This document shows positions 53,354 to 64,000 of a DNA stretch of 64,000 bases, piece after piece. This DNA comes from an uncultured Gemmatimonadales bacterium. GTDB lineage: Bacteria; Gemmatimonadota; Gemmatimonadetes; Longimicrobiales; RSA9. The DNA is taken from positions 704,001 to 768,000 of the forward strand of contig CAVUKA010000001.1 of NCBI GenBank assembly GCA_963741945.1, read 5' to 3'. Numbering within the stretch: position 1 is the first letter of the stretch; every line of letters starts with the position of its first letter. The notes under the pieces are model-generated. The model worked only from the letters and a program-made list of their open reading frames with translations. It was not told the origin of the DNA and made no database searches. A program made the position numbers and the translations under genes.

Positions 53354-54370
53354 TCAGCTGTCGTCCCTCTCCGCAGCGGCGCGGGCGAGACCCGGGTTCT
53401 GCTCCCCGTCGGTGCCCCAGTAAAGCGTCCGGTGGGGGAACGGGATCTCGATCCCCTCGGCGTCCAGCCGCTTCTTGATCCTGCGGCGGTACTGGCGGGC
53501 CACGTCCCACTGCTTGAGCGGGAGCGTCTTGAACATGACGCGGATCACCACGGCGGAGTCATCGAAGCGCTCCACGCCCGGGACGGTGGGCTCCTCCACG
53601 ATGAGCGGCTTCCAGTCGGGATCCTCGGCCAGCTGGAGGGCCTCGTCGCGCATGATCTCCATGACCCGATCCACGTCCTCCTTGTAGGCGACGCCGATCT
53701 CCAGCACCGCCCGGGACCAGTTCTTGGTCATGTTGCTCAGCACGTCCACCGACCCGTTCGGGATGACGTGGACCACGCCATTGATGTCGCGCAGGACCAT
53801 GGTCCGGAGCGTCATCTTCTCCACGAGCCCGGATGTCTGTCCCACGCGCACCACGTCGCCGACGGCGAACTGCCCCTCCACGAGCATGAAGCCGCCGGCA
53901 ATCAGGTCCTTCACCAGCGTCTGGGCGCCGAAGGAGAAGGCCAGCCCGAGCACGCCCACGCCGGCCAGCAGCGGCCCGATCTCGATGAATGTGCCCAGGA
54001 TCATGAGGGCGGCGAGCGTGGCGATGGCGATGAGCCCGACATTGTTCAGCAGGCTCGCCATGGTCTGCGCGCGCTGCTCGCGCAGCCGCCGGCGCACCAG
54101 GTCGGGGTCGTCCACCTCCCGCTGCAGCCGGTTCGTGAACACCTTCAGCAGCCGGTAAGCCACGAGGGCCAGCAGGATGATGACGGCGATCCGGATCAGG
54201 TCGGCGACGAAAACCGGCCAGTTGACGAGCGCCGAGAGGCCCTGCGCCCGGGCCGCTTCGAACCGCCCCGCCACGGTGTCCACGATCTGTTCCACGTTCC
54301 TGGCCATGCCGCCCGTATCACGGGTCGGCTGCTGCTGAATGGCCAGGAGGCTGCCCAGGAGTGCCGGCAT
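53354..54370 (-). CDS. Small-conductance mechanosensitive channel (MscS family)
   Basis: FGAQTLVKD..G..GD, IPNG, GIEIPFP. Confidence 0.93.
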   Translation of the reverse strand: MPALLGSLLAIQQQPTRDTGGMARNVEQIVDTVAGRFEAARAQGLSALVNWPVFVADLIRIAVIILLALVAYRLLKVFTNRLQREVDDPDLVRRRLREQRAQTMASLLNNVGLIAIATLAALMILGTFIEIGPLLAGVGVLGLAFSFGAQTLVKDLIAGGFMLVEGQFAVGDVVRVGQTSGLVEKMTLRTMVLRDINGVVHVIPNGSVDVLSNMTKNWSRAVLEIGVAYKEDVDRVMEIMRDEALQLAEDPDWKPLIVEEPTVPGVERFDDSAVVIRVMFKTLPLKQWDVARQYRRRIKKRLDAEGIEIPFPHRTLYWGTDGEQNPGLARAAAERDDS

Positions 54371-54796
54371 CTACCTCAGGATCCGGATCTGCGAAACGCG
54401 CCAGCCGCTCTCCTCGCGCACCAGGCCGAGGAAGACCGTGTGGCGCTCCGTGGCCACGCCGCCGGCGGGCCGCAGCTCCCAGCGGAGCTCCGCGAACGCG
54501 CGGTCATCCACGCCGGCCACCCGCTCGCTCATCCCGGGGATCACGGCCACCGTCTCGCGGTTCGCGAACACGCCGCGCAGCGCCGCAGAGAGCTTCCGGC
54601 CGGCGATCAGCCCCATCGGCTCTCCCTCGATCTCCACCTCGATGCCGCCGCTGGCGCCGTACTCGGCCAGAGCGGCCGCGTTCCCGTGCTCCCAGAGCGA
54701 CGACACGCGCTGGAGCATCGGCCCGAGGGGGTCCTGAGCCAGTAGCGCCGCGGGAGATGCGGCGAGCATCAGCGCGGCGACCAGCGCCCGGGTCAC
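54371..54796 (-). CDS. Hypothetical exported protein
   Basis: Signal-like N-terminus; translationally coupled in the operon. Confidence 0.7.
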   Translation of the reverse strand: MTRALVAALMLAASPAALLAQDPLGPMLQRVSSLWEHGNAAALAEYGASGGIEVEIEGEPMGLIAGRKLSAALRGVFANRETVAVIPGMSERVAGVDDRAFAELRWELRPAGGVATERHTVFLGLVREESGWRVSQIRILR

Positions 54797-55515
54797 GAGG
54801 CGGCGCCGCTTTCCCCGGCCGCGGCCACTTCGGCCATGATCTGCTCCACCACGCCGGCCGGATCATCGGCCTCGTAGACCGGACGTCCGACCACGAGGTA
54901 GTCGCTGCCCGCCTTCTCGGCTTCCGCGGGCGTGGCGATGCGCACCTGGTCGCCGACGACTTCGCCGGCCAGGCGGATGCCGGGGGTGACGACGACGAAG
55001 CCGGCGCCGTGCTTTCGCTTGAGCGCCTCGACTTCGAGCGCGGAGGAAACCACGCCATCGAGGCCGACTTCGGCAGCGAGGCCGGCGAGGCGGCCCACAT
55101 CGTCGCGGAGCGACCGCAGCTCCTTGCCCCAGACTTCCTCCACGTCCGCGGCGGTGACGGACGTGAGCAGGGTGACGCCGAGGAGAAGGGGGCTGTCCTC
55201 GTCGTCGGCGTCCACCACCTCCCGCGCGGCTTCCATCATGGCGCGGCCGCCGGACGCGTGCAGGGTGAGCATGTCCACGCCCAGCTCCCGCGCGGCTGCG
55301 GTGGCCCGGGCCACGGTGTGCGGGATGTCGTGATACTTGAGGTCGAGGAACACCCGCTTGCCCCGGTCCTTGAGCTCCTGGACGAGCGCCGGCCCTTCGC
55401 GCGTGAAGAGCTGTACGCCCACCTTGTAGTAGTCGGAGGTCTCACCGAGGCGTGCCACGAGCCCGAGCGCCTCGTCGGCGGTCGGCAGGTCCAGGGCAAT
55501 GATCAGGCTCTTCAT
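54793..55515 (-). CDS. pyrF: Orotidine-5'-phosphate decarboxylase
   Basis: FLDLKYHDIPHT, TPGIR, VVGRP. Confidence 0.97.
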   Translation of the reverse strand: MKSLIIALDLPTADEALGLVARLGETSDYYKVGVQLFTREGPALVQELKDRGKRVFLDLKYHDIPHTVARATAAARELGVDMLTLHASGGRAMMEAAREVVDADDEDSPLLLGVTLLTSVTAADVEEVWGKELRSLRDDVGRLAGLAAEVGLDGVVSSALEVEALKRKHGAGFVVVTPGIRLAGEVVGDQVRIATPAEAEKAGSDYLVVGRPVYEADDPAGVVEQIMAEVAAAGESGAAS

Positions 55516-56447
55516 CGATCGTCTCGTTTATCGTCCAGACGCCCGGTCCCGACGAGGGCCTGGACGTGGGAGATGCCGTTTCTGCGGCCGTACTGCCGCA
55601 GTTCTTTCAATACCCGTTCCGCTGCACGCGGGTCCGCGAATGTAGCGGTTCCGATCGCGACGAGGGATGCCCCCGCGAGCAGGTACTGTACCGCGTCCTC
55701 CCCCGTCCGGATACCACCCACCCCGATGATGGGGACACCCACGCGCTGGCGTACGGCCCAGACGGCGTGGACACCCATGGGCAGGATCCCCGGCCCGCTC
55801 ACGCCCCCCGTCCCGGCGCCCAGGACCGAGCGGCGCGTGTCCAGATCGAAGAGCAGCCCCGGGAAGGTGTTGATGAGCGTCAGTCCGTCGGCGCCGGCGG
55901 CCACGGCCGCCTCGGCGGTTCCGCCGATGTCCGGCAGGTTCGGCGCCAGCTTCACGACGAGCGGGCGCCGGGTCCTCGTCCGAACGGCCGCCACCACCTC
56001 GTGCAGGAGGTCGTTGCGCGCGCAGAACGCGGCGCCCCCCTCCTTCACGTTCGGGCAGGAGACGTTCAGCTCGTATCCGAGGAACCCGTCCTCGCCGTCC
56101 AGCCCGTCCACGACGGCCACGTAGTCGTCGACCACGGCGCCGGCAACGTTCACCAGCACCTGCGCGGAGCGGAGCCGGTCGCGGAGCCACGGCAGCTTCT
56201 CCGCCCGGAACGCGTCCAGCCCCACGTTCGCCAGGCCAATGGAGTTGAGCATCCCGGCCCAGTACTCCGCCGCCCGGAGCGGCGGGTTCCCCCGCCGCGG
56301 CTCCGGCGTGACCGCCTTGGTGACCAGCCCACCGAGCGCGTCCAGATTCAGCAGCCGATCGAGCTCCCGGCCGTAGCCCGCGGTACCGCCCGCGAGGAGG
56401 ATTGGATTCTGGAAGCGCGCGCCGAAGACCTCCTGGTCGAGCTTCAC
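55512..56447 (-). CDS. pyrD: Dihydroorotate dehydrogenase, family 1 catalytic subunit
   Basis: NSIGLAN, ELNVSCPN, GGVSGP; GTG start inferred. Confidence 0.94.
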   Translation of the reverse strand: MKLDQEVFGARFQNPILLAGGTAGYGRELDRLLNLDALGGLVTKAVTPEPRRGNPPLRAAEYWAGMLNSIGLANVGLDAFRAEKLPWLRDRLRSAQVLVNVAGAVVDDYVAVVDGLDGEDGFLGYELNVSCPNVKEGGAAFCARNDLLHEVVAAVRTRTRRPLVVKLAPNLPDIGGTAEAAVAAGADGLTLINTFPGLLFDLDTRRSVLGAGTGGVSGPGILPMGVHAVWAVRQRVGVPIIGVGGIRTGEDAVQYLLAGASLVAIGTATFADPRAAERVLKELRQYGRRNGISHVQALVGTGRLDDKRDDR

Positions 56448-56454
56448 GGCGCCA

Positions 56455-57651
56455 TCACCGGCCGGCGCCCGTCCAGAGACCGTCGTACTCGCGGAAGAAA
56501 TCGTCCACCGCGTCCGCAACCCCGCCGGCCAGCTTGAGCTGGAAGGCGCCAGAGCCGAGCAGGCGCTCCTCGGCCGGGTTCGAGATGAACGCGAGCTCCA
56601 CCAGCACCGCGGGCATGAACGCGCCCACGAGGACCCGGAAGCCTGCCTGCTTCACCCCGCGGTCGGCCCCTTCGTGGAAGGGCGCGAACTCCCGCTGCAC
56701 CAGACCGGACAGCGTGTGCGACGCGCGGATGTAGAAGTCGTTCCGCAGGTTGCTGAGGATGAGCGAGAGGTCGTCGGTGTCCGTGACGGTGCGCCCCGGC
56801 GACTCGTACGCGATGGCCGCGTTCTCCATCTCCGCCACCCGGCGCTCGTCCTCGGTCCGGGCGGTGGACAGGAAGAAAGTCTCGAACCCCTTCACTCGCC
56901 GGTCCCGGAAATTGTTGGCGTGGATGGAGATGAACAGCCCCGGACGGTCCCCGCGCCACTGGTTGGCCAGGTGCGGGCGCTGCGCCAGTGGGATGAGCGT
57001 GTCCGTGGTCCGCGTCAGCCGGACCTCGTAGCCCCGCGCGGTCAGCTCTTTCGCCAGCCGCTTCGAGACCTGGAGCACCACGTCCTTCTCCTTCACCCCG
57101 CTCGGGCCTATCGCCCCCGGGTCGTGGCCGCCGTGTCCGGGGTCGATCACCACCAGGGGCGACGGCGCCGGCCGCCCCAGCGCGGGCGGCGAGGCGGTGG
57201 CCGCGGGCGACGACGGCTTCGCGGCGGCCGCGCGGTCACCGCGCGTGAGGCGGAGGTGCCCGGCGTCGTATGCGACCAGGTCGCCGTGGTGCTTCGGAAG
57301 CCACTCGGCGAAGAGCTGGTGTGGCAGGTAGAAGACGCCGCCCTCGCGGTACGCCGGGTCGACCAGCTGCCACGGCCTGCCCCCCGACGTGAAGAACGGC
57401 GACCCCGTATGGAAGAGGAGCGTGTCCGCGTCGAAGACCACGCGTGCGCCATCGGGCGTGTCGCCCACGACGGCGCCGAGGGCGCGCAGCACCCAGGAAG
57501 GGTAGGCCGGGTAGCCCCGGTGCATGGCCACGGACGCAGTGACGGGATCGCCGACACCCGTGACTTCGAGCGCCGGAGGCAGCGTCTGCGCGGCCGCGGG
57601 CGCGGCGAACAGCAGGACGGGCAGCAGCGCCGACCTCCATCGCCGTCGCAT
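56455..57651 (-). CDS. N-acetylmuramoyl-L-alanine amidase (Amidase_3)
   Basis: IDPGHGG, FISIHAN, PAVLVEL; signal peptide. Confidence 0.93.
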   Translation of the reverse strand: MRRRWRSALLPVLLFAAPAAAQTLPPALEVTGVGDPVTASVAMHRGYPAYPSWVLRALGAVVGDTPDGARVVFDADTLLFHTGSPFFTSGGRPWQLVDPAYREGGVFYLPHQLFAEWLPKHHGDLVAYDAGHLRLTRGDRAAAAKPSSPAATASPPALGRPAPSPLVVIDPGHGGHDPGAIGPSGVKEKDVVLQVSKRLAKELTARGYEVRLTRTTDTLIPLAQRPHLANQWRGDRPGLFISIHANNFRDRRVKGFETFFLSTARTEDERRVAEMENAAIAYESPGRTVTDTDDLSLILSNLRNDFYIRASHTLSGLVQREFAPFHEGADRGVKQAGFRVLVGAFMPAVLVELAFISNPAEERLLGSGAFQLKLAGGVADAVDDFFREYDGLWTGAGR

Positions 57652-58118
57652 CAGTATCGCCCCAGCTCCCGTTCCATCTCCCGCTCGTGGGTGCGCCGCT
57701 TCAGGGTCTCGCGCTTGTCGTGCAGCTTCTTCCCGCGGGCCAGCGCGAGCTCGATCTTGGCGTAGCCCCGGCGGAAATAGAGCTCCAGCGGGACGAGCGC
57801 GAGCCCCTTCTCCTGGACGGCGCCCACCAGGCGACGGATCTCCGGCGCGCGAAGCAGCAGCTTTCGGGGGCGCGTCGGGTCCGCGTTCCAGCGCGACGCC
57901 GGGTCGTAGGGCGTCACGTGCATGCCGTGCAGCCAGACCTCGCCGCCATCCACGCGCGCGAACGCTTCCGACAGGCTGGCCTTCCCGCCCCGGATGGATT
58001 TCACTTCGGGGCCGTGCAGCACGAGGCCGGCCTCGAACGTCTCGAGGATCTCGAATTCGTGGCGCGCCTTCTTGTTGCGCACCACCACTTTCTTCCCGTC
58101 CGGCCGTCCGCTCGACAT
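57651..58118 (-). CDS. smpB: SsrA-binding protein
   Basis: NKKARHEF..EAGLVL.G.EVKS, GKKLHDKR. Confidence 0.98.
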   Translation of the reverse strand: MSSGRPDGKKVVVRNKKARHEFEILETFEAGLVLHGPEVKSIRGGKASLSEAFARVDGGEVWLHGMHVTPYDPASRWNADPTRPRKLLLRAPEIRRLVGAVQEKGLALVPLELYFRRGYAKIELALARGKKLHDKRETLKRRTHEREMERELGRY

Positions 58119-58180
58119 GCGGCTAATCTAGCGGGATGCGGAAACGAGGACGAGCGGGGGTCTGGCGACGCCCCGGCCGC

Positions 58181-59246
58181 TCACCCGAGTCGCTCCTTCT
58201 GCCGTCGACGCGTTCGCCGCATCGCGACCACCTGCGCCACTTCCCCGCCCAGGATGAAGACGACGGCACTGTAATAGATCCAGAGCACGAGGATGATGAA
58301 GGTGGCGATGTTGCCCCATGCGGAGCGGTAATTGGCGAGGTTCGTGACATACCAGCTGAAGGCGTACTTGAGCGCTTCGCCGATCACGCCGGTGAACGTC
58401 GCGGCGATCACGGCAGTGGTCCAGCGGATCCGCCTGGGCGGGAGATAGCGGTAGACCAGGAAGAACATGAACCAGATGGTGAGGAGCGCAACGAGCTGCG
58501 GCCACCATTGTCGTGCGACGGTCACCAGCGGGCTGGCGGATGAATCGATGCGCAGCACGCCGGAGACGAACTCGGCGCCGAGCCGGAGGCCGAGCGTGAG
58601 GGAGACGTTGAGGGCGAACAATGTCCCGGCCGCGAACACCATCTCTGATGTCGAAGATCTTGCCCGAGATGATGTTGCGCCCCTCGGCGATGTCGAAGAT
58701 CTCGCGCAGCACCGTCCGCAGCGTGCCGACCAGACGGGTGGCCACCCAGAGGAAGAAGAGCGTACCGACGCTCAGGATCCCCGTCCCGTTCGCGGCCAGA
58801 CCGTTCAGCGTCTGCTGGACGTTGATATTGACCGCGGCGGGGATGATCCGGCTGAGATAGTTCAGCAGCGTCTGCTCGGCATTCGCACCCTGGAAGCGGA
58901 GCACGGTGCCGGCGATCCCGACCACCGCAATGACCAGCGGGAGGAACGCCACCAGGACGTTGAAGGCAATGGCGCCCGCGAGGAAGAAGATGTTGTCCTC
59001 CTCGCCCTTGTGCCACACGCCCCGGAACAGCTCGCCCGTGGCGTGGCCGAAGCGCGCGGACCACGGCTCGGGCGCCCGCCGGGGCGGCGGCGGAGGGGGC
59101 GGCTCGACGCCGAGGCTCTCTGCGGAGATGCGGGACCGGGTGGGGCGGTTCGCGTCCGACCCGTCGATGGCGTGCGATTCGGCCCGCGCGGTGTCCGGCG
59201 GGTCAGTCCCCTCCTGGGCACCTGCGCGCCCGGCGGAATCGTTCAT
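58181..59246 (-). CDS. YihY/BrkB-family membrane protein; frameshift near 58645
   Basis: AGAIAFN..FLP N-half in frame 59246; YRYLP..WIYYSA..ILGGE C-half in frame 58642. Confidence 0.8.
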
Positions 59247-59257
59247 CCGTCACCGAA

Positions 59258-59722
59258 TCACGCTCCGGAGGTCTCGTCCGGTGCGGCCGGTTCCTCGGCC
59301 GGGAACTCGGGCTCGGCGGCGAGCTCCTCGGCGGGCGAACGCGGCGTGGAGCGGGCCGCCTCGTAGCCGGAGCGGAACGCGGCCGTGGACTCCCGGAGTC
59401 GTCGCTCCATGTCCTCCCGTGACTTGCGCGCGGCCACGCGGCCGGCGTCCACCGCCTGCCGGGCATCGTCCAGCCCGTCCTCGAACTGCCGGCGGACGTC
59501 GTCCACCGTTTCCGAGACAGTGTCCTGGACCTCCCGGATCCGCCCTTCCAGCTCGCCCCGCATCCGGTTCATGCCGTCACCCAGCTCGCGGCGCGTCTCG
59601 CGGCCGGACTTCGGCGCGAACAGCAGCGCGGCGCCGGCGCCGAGGAGCAGTCCCCAGACGAACGTGCCGAAGCTGCCGCTTCTGCGCTCGATGATGATGT
59701 AGCCCTCGTCGTGCTCGGCCAT
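59258..59722 (-). CDS. YtxH-domain protein
   Basis: F.WGLLLGAGAALLFAPKSGRETR. Confidence 0.88.
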   Translation of the reverse strand: MAEHDEGYIIIERRSGSFGTFVWGLLLGAGAALLFAPKSGRETRRELGDGMNRMRGELEGRIREVQDTVSETVDDVRRQFEDGLDDARQAVDAGRVAARKSREDMERRLRESTAAFRSGYEAARSTPRSPAEELAAEPEFPAEEPAAPDETSGA

Positions 59723-59759
59723 GGTTCCTCCTGTCCGTTGCTTGACGCCGCGGCGCGCC

Positions 59760-61103
<1,344 letters not shown>

Positions 61104-61144
61104 ATCCTTGCTATTCCTTGTGTTCGGATCACGAGAAAGCACGC

Positions 61145-61170
61145 TGGTGCCGGTCAATGGTGCCGGTCAA
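61145..61170. repeat. Perfect 13-bp tandem duplication TGGTGCCGGTCAA
   Basis: 61145-61157 and 61158-61170, intergenic, upstream of the NtrC-type gene. Confidence 0.85.
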
Positions 61171-61194
61171 ATTACCCGCGGGCGAGACAAAGGG

Positions 61195-61896
61195 TCAAGC
61201 AGATCCGGTGCGGGGCAGCAGGACGGAGGCGACGGTGCCTTCCCCGCCGGGGCCGGCCTCCAGACGGAGCGTCCCACCCGCGCTCCGGACCAGGCGATGG
61301 CATATGGCAAGTCCCAGGCCCGCGCGCCCTTCGCGCGCGGCCGCGGCTCGATCGGGGACCTCCCTGGCCAGCTCGGCGGAGATGCCGGGGCCGTCATCCG
61401 TGATGATGAGCATCACGCCCTTCGGCGTGCGCCGGATCTCCGTGGTGACGCGGCCGCCCTCTGCGGCGGCGTCGATGGCGTTGTCCACCAGGTTCAGCAC
61501 GACCAGCGCCAGGTCCTCCCCCCCCATGCCGACGAGCCCGCCGCGGCCGGGGCGGTGCTGATAGTCCAGCTTCCGGATCCGGGTGCGGGCGCCCAGAACG
61601 GGGAGCAGCTCCTCGAACACGCGGTCCGGGTCCGTCGCCTCGCGCTGGGGCCAGGGGCGCACCAGGCGCAGCAGCGATTCGATCAGGGCATGGACGCGGT
61701 GCAGCTCCGACTCCACCGCGGCCGCGCGCCGCACCACCGCCTCGGTGTCGTGATCGCCGGCGCGTCGCTTCACCAGCTCGAGGTTGATGACCATGGCGTG
61801 GAGCGGGTTCTTGATCTCATGGGCGAGGTCATCCGCCCAGCGGGAGACCAGGTCCATGCGGTTGCTGCGCAGCTCCAGCCACTCCCGTTCAGCCAT
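61195..61896 (-). CDS. Histidine kinase (HisKA + HATPase only)
   Basis: AHEIKNPL, NLVDNAIDA, DDGPGI, GLGLAI. Confidence 0.88.
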   Translation of the reverse strand: MAEREWLELRSNRMDLVSRWADDLAHEIKNPLHAMVINLELVKRRAGDHDTEAVVRRAAAVESELHRVHALIESLLRLVRPWPQREATDPDRVFEELLPVLGARTRIRKLDYQHRPGRGGLVGMGGEDLALVVLNLVDNAIDAAAEGGRVTTEIRRTPKGVMLIITDDGPGISAELAREVPDRAAAAREGRAGLGLAICHRLVRSAGGTLRLEAGPGGEGTVASVLLPRTGSA

Positions 61897-61950
61897 GCAC
61901 CCCCTCACACACTCCCGACCGGCAGCGATCGACGTACGCGGGCATGCGGC

Positions 61951-63354
61951 TCAGCCGACGATCCAGCGGGGATCAGGGTCGGGGATCTCCGCCGGCTCGA
62001 CGCCGGGGCGCCCCATCTGCCCGTACGTCAGCGTTTTCCCGAGCTCCACGCCCGGCTGGTTGAGCGGGTCGATCCCGTAGAGCGCACCGGCGTAGACCGT
62101 TGCGATCTCGAGCATCATGAGCAGCTCGCCAATGGAATGCGCATCGAGGCGCGGCACCGTGAGCGTCATGTTCATGCGACCCCGCTCCGCCAGCGCCGCG
62201 GCCGTGGCTCGCCGCTCCGCGTCCAGCAGGCCGCCCAGCGTGTGGCCGCCGAGGTAGCCGAGGGCGGGGACGTCGCCGTACAGAGACGGGATCTCCACAT
62301 CGCGGGCGCGCTCGCCCACCGCCAGGAAGGTGATGGTCTTGTCGAACGGCCCCTCCATGTAGAGCTGCACCTGCGAGTGCTGGTCCGTGGCACCGAGCGC
62401 TTTCACCGGCGTCGGCCCCGTGAAGACGTCCTCGCCCGAGCGGCTCTGGCGCTTGCCCAGGCTCTCCGCCCACAGCTGCCGGAACCAGTCGCCCACGGAA
62501 TACAGGCGGTCGCTGTACGGCATCATGACGTGGATGCCCGCGTCCGCCTCCGTGTCCGCCAGCCACTGGAGCGTGGCGAACAGCCCCGCCGGGTTCTGCC
62601 CCAGGCGGTCGGTCCGGCACCGCTCCGCCATGGCGGCCGCCCCGGCCAGGAGCCCGTCGACATCGATCCCGACGAGCGCCGCAGGGAGCAGCCCCACCGC
62701 CGACAGGACGCTGAAGCGGCCACCCACGTTCGGCGGCACCGCGAACGTGGGCACGCCCTCGTGGCGCGCGATGGTGCGGAGCACGCCCTTCTCCGGGTCC
62801 GTGGTGAAGACGAAATGGCGCCCGATGGCGCCCTCGTCCGTGAGCAGCGGAGCAAGACGGTCCCGGACCACCAGGTACTGGGACATGGTCTCGGCCGTCG
62901 TGCCGGACTTGCTCACCACGTCGAACAGCGTCCGCCCCAGGTCTAGGCGGTCCAGCAGCGGCCCCACGGTCTCCGGGTCGACGTTGTCCAGCACGTACAG
63001 GCGCGGAAGGTGGTCACGCCCTTCGTCGTCCCGATCGTTCCAGTCCGGCCCGTGCAGCGCGTGCAGGAGCGCCGTCGAGCCCAGGGCCGAGCCGCCGATC
63101 CCCAGCACGACCACGTTTTCGGAGAAGCCGCCCACGCGGTCCGCGTACACCTGGATCTCCGACGCCAGCGCCGCCTGGCCCGGCAGCTCGAAGAAGCCAA
63201 GCTCGCCCGACGACCGGCGTCGCTCCACGTCCGCGTGCGCCTCCCGGAACCGCTCGCCCGCCTCGCCCAGCGCTTCGGGGGAGAGTCCGTGGCCACCCAG
63301 GCGGGGCGACATCATGTTCCCGTAATCCAGCGACACCCTCGTGTGATCAGTCAT
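61951..63354 (-). CDS. pgi: Glucose-6-phosphate isomerase
   Basis: GIGGSALG, SKSGTTAET, GGRFSVLS, QLWAESLGK, QPGVE.GK. Confidence 0.96.
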   Translation of the reverse strand: MTDHTRVSLDYGNMMSPRLGGHGLSPEALGEAGERFREAHADVERRRSSGELGFFELPGQAALASEIQVYADRVGGFSENVVVLGIGGSALGSTALLHALHGPDWNDRDDEGRDHLPRLYVLDNVDPETVGPLLDRLDLGRTLFDVVSKSGTTAETMSQYLVVRDRLAPLLTDEGAIGRHFVFTTDPEKGVLRTIARHEGVPTFAVPPNVGGRFSVLSAVGLLPAALVGIDVDGLLAGAAAMAERCRTDRLGQNPAGLFATLQWLADTEADAGIHVMMPYSDRLYSVGDWFRQLWAESLGKRQSRSGEDVFTGPTPVKALGATDQHSQVQLYMEGPFDKTITFLAVGERARDVEIPSLYGDVPALGYLGGHTLGGLLDAERRATAAALAERGRMNMTLTVPRLDAHSIGELLMMLEIATVYAGALYGIDPLNQPGVELGKTLTYGQMGRPGVEPAEIPDPDPRWIVG

Positions 63355-63590
63355 GTCCGTAGAGTATTCCGTTCGCCGATGAGGAACCAGCCCGAGCGCA
63401 CCGAGCGACGCACCGACCCCCGCACACCTCGCCCGACAACCTCTCTCCAGGTGGCGAGACCGCGCGAGCGATCTGTCCCGCAAGCCACTGTCCCAACACT
63501 CCGTGCGCCGCCGATCACCAGGCCGGGATCTCTCCAGCTGGAGAGAGTCCCGCGGGAGCACGAAGTCTCCCCGCAAGTCGCCGGCCCGGC

Positions 63591-64000
63591 TCAGCCGGGG
63601 AACTCGACGGTGAGCCCGTCGTAGGCGGGGCGCACGTCGTCGGGGAGGCCGCGCTCCAGCTCGGCGTGGCGAACGCGGTGGGTCATGTGGGTGAGATACG
63701 TCCGCTCGGCGCCGATTTCGTGGGCGAGCTCCACGGCCTCTTCCACGTTCAGGTGCGTGGGGTGCGGGTTGCCGAACCAGAGGGCGTTCAGGACGAGGGT
63801 GTGGACGCCCTCGAGGGCCTCGCGCGTGCCCGGTCCGAGCGTCTTGGCGTCCGTGATGTAGCCGAGGCCGCCCACGCGGAAGCCGAACACGGTCATGGGG
63901 CCGTGCTCGACGGGGAGGGCGCGGAAATCGAACGGGCCGACCGCCACGTGGTCGAGGGCGTCGAAGGAGCGGAGCCGCAGCTCCGGTTTGGTGGTGCCGG
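63591..64000 (-). CDS. MBL-fold metallo-hydrolase (PhnP-like), 5' part outside window
   Basis: VEHG..GFR..YITD, HPTH, YLTHMTH, AYDGL. Confidence 0.85.
   Translation of the reverse strand, partial: GTTKPELRLRSFDALDHVAVGPFDFRALPVEHGPMTVFGFRVGGLGYITDAKTLGPGTREALEGVHTLVLNALWFGNPHPTHLNVEEAVELAHEIGAERTYLTHMTHRVRHAELERGLPDDVRPAYDGLTVEFPG

Noticed and set aside
61140-61160. Sigma54 promoter (CGGCACCAGCGTGC, minus strand)
   Set aside because: GG-GC spacing is 9 nt, not the required 10.

Overview
High-GC bacterial chromosome segment, probably Gemmatimonadota (inferred from the RpoC N-terminus [17 protein letters not shown] and the gene repertoire). 1-24.8 kb (minus strand) is the core translation/transcription cluster: tRNA-Thr, tuf, rpmG, secE, nusG, rplKAJL, rpoBC, then rpsL, rpsG, fusA, tuf and the S10 operon to rplN. 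An IS481-like element with a 12-bp flanking direct repeat sits between the rpoC terminator and the rpsL promoter. 24.9-51.8 kb is an accessory region interspersed with tRNA-Gly and tRNA-Thr. It encodes an M8-type peptidase lipoprotein, a multi-barrel OmpA-like protein, metabolic genes, a giant CSLREA/repeat lipoprotein, a membrane-spanning SARP/BTAD-TPR regulator, a two-domain cupredoxin and an IR-flanked RAYT-like HUH transposase. 51.9-64 kb is housekeeping (cysS, mscS, pyrF, pyrD, amidase, smpB, yihY, ytxH-like, NtrC-type regulator plus kinase, pgi, MBL hydrolase). The best candidate for an undescribed system is a transmembrane SARP-type one-component regulator next to the giant surface lipoprotein, whose promoter carries an 11-bp-period TCAGGGT array in SARP-operator geometry. 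Four single-base frameshifts may be assembly errors. All family calls come from motif recognition, not database searches.
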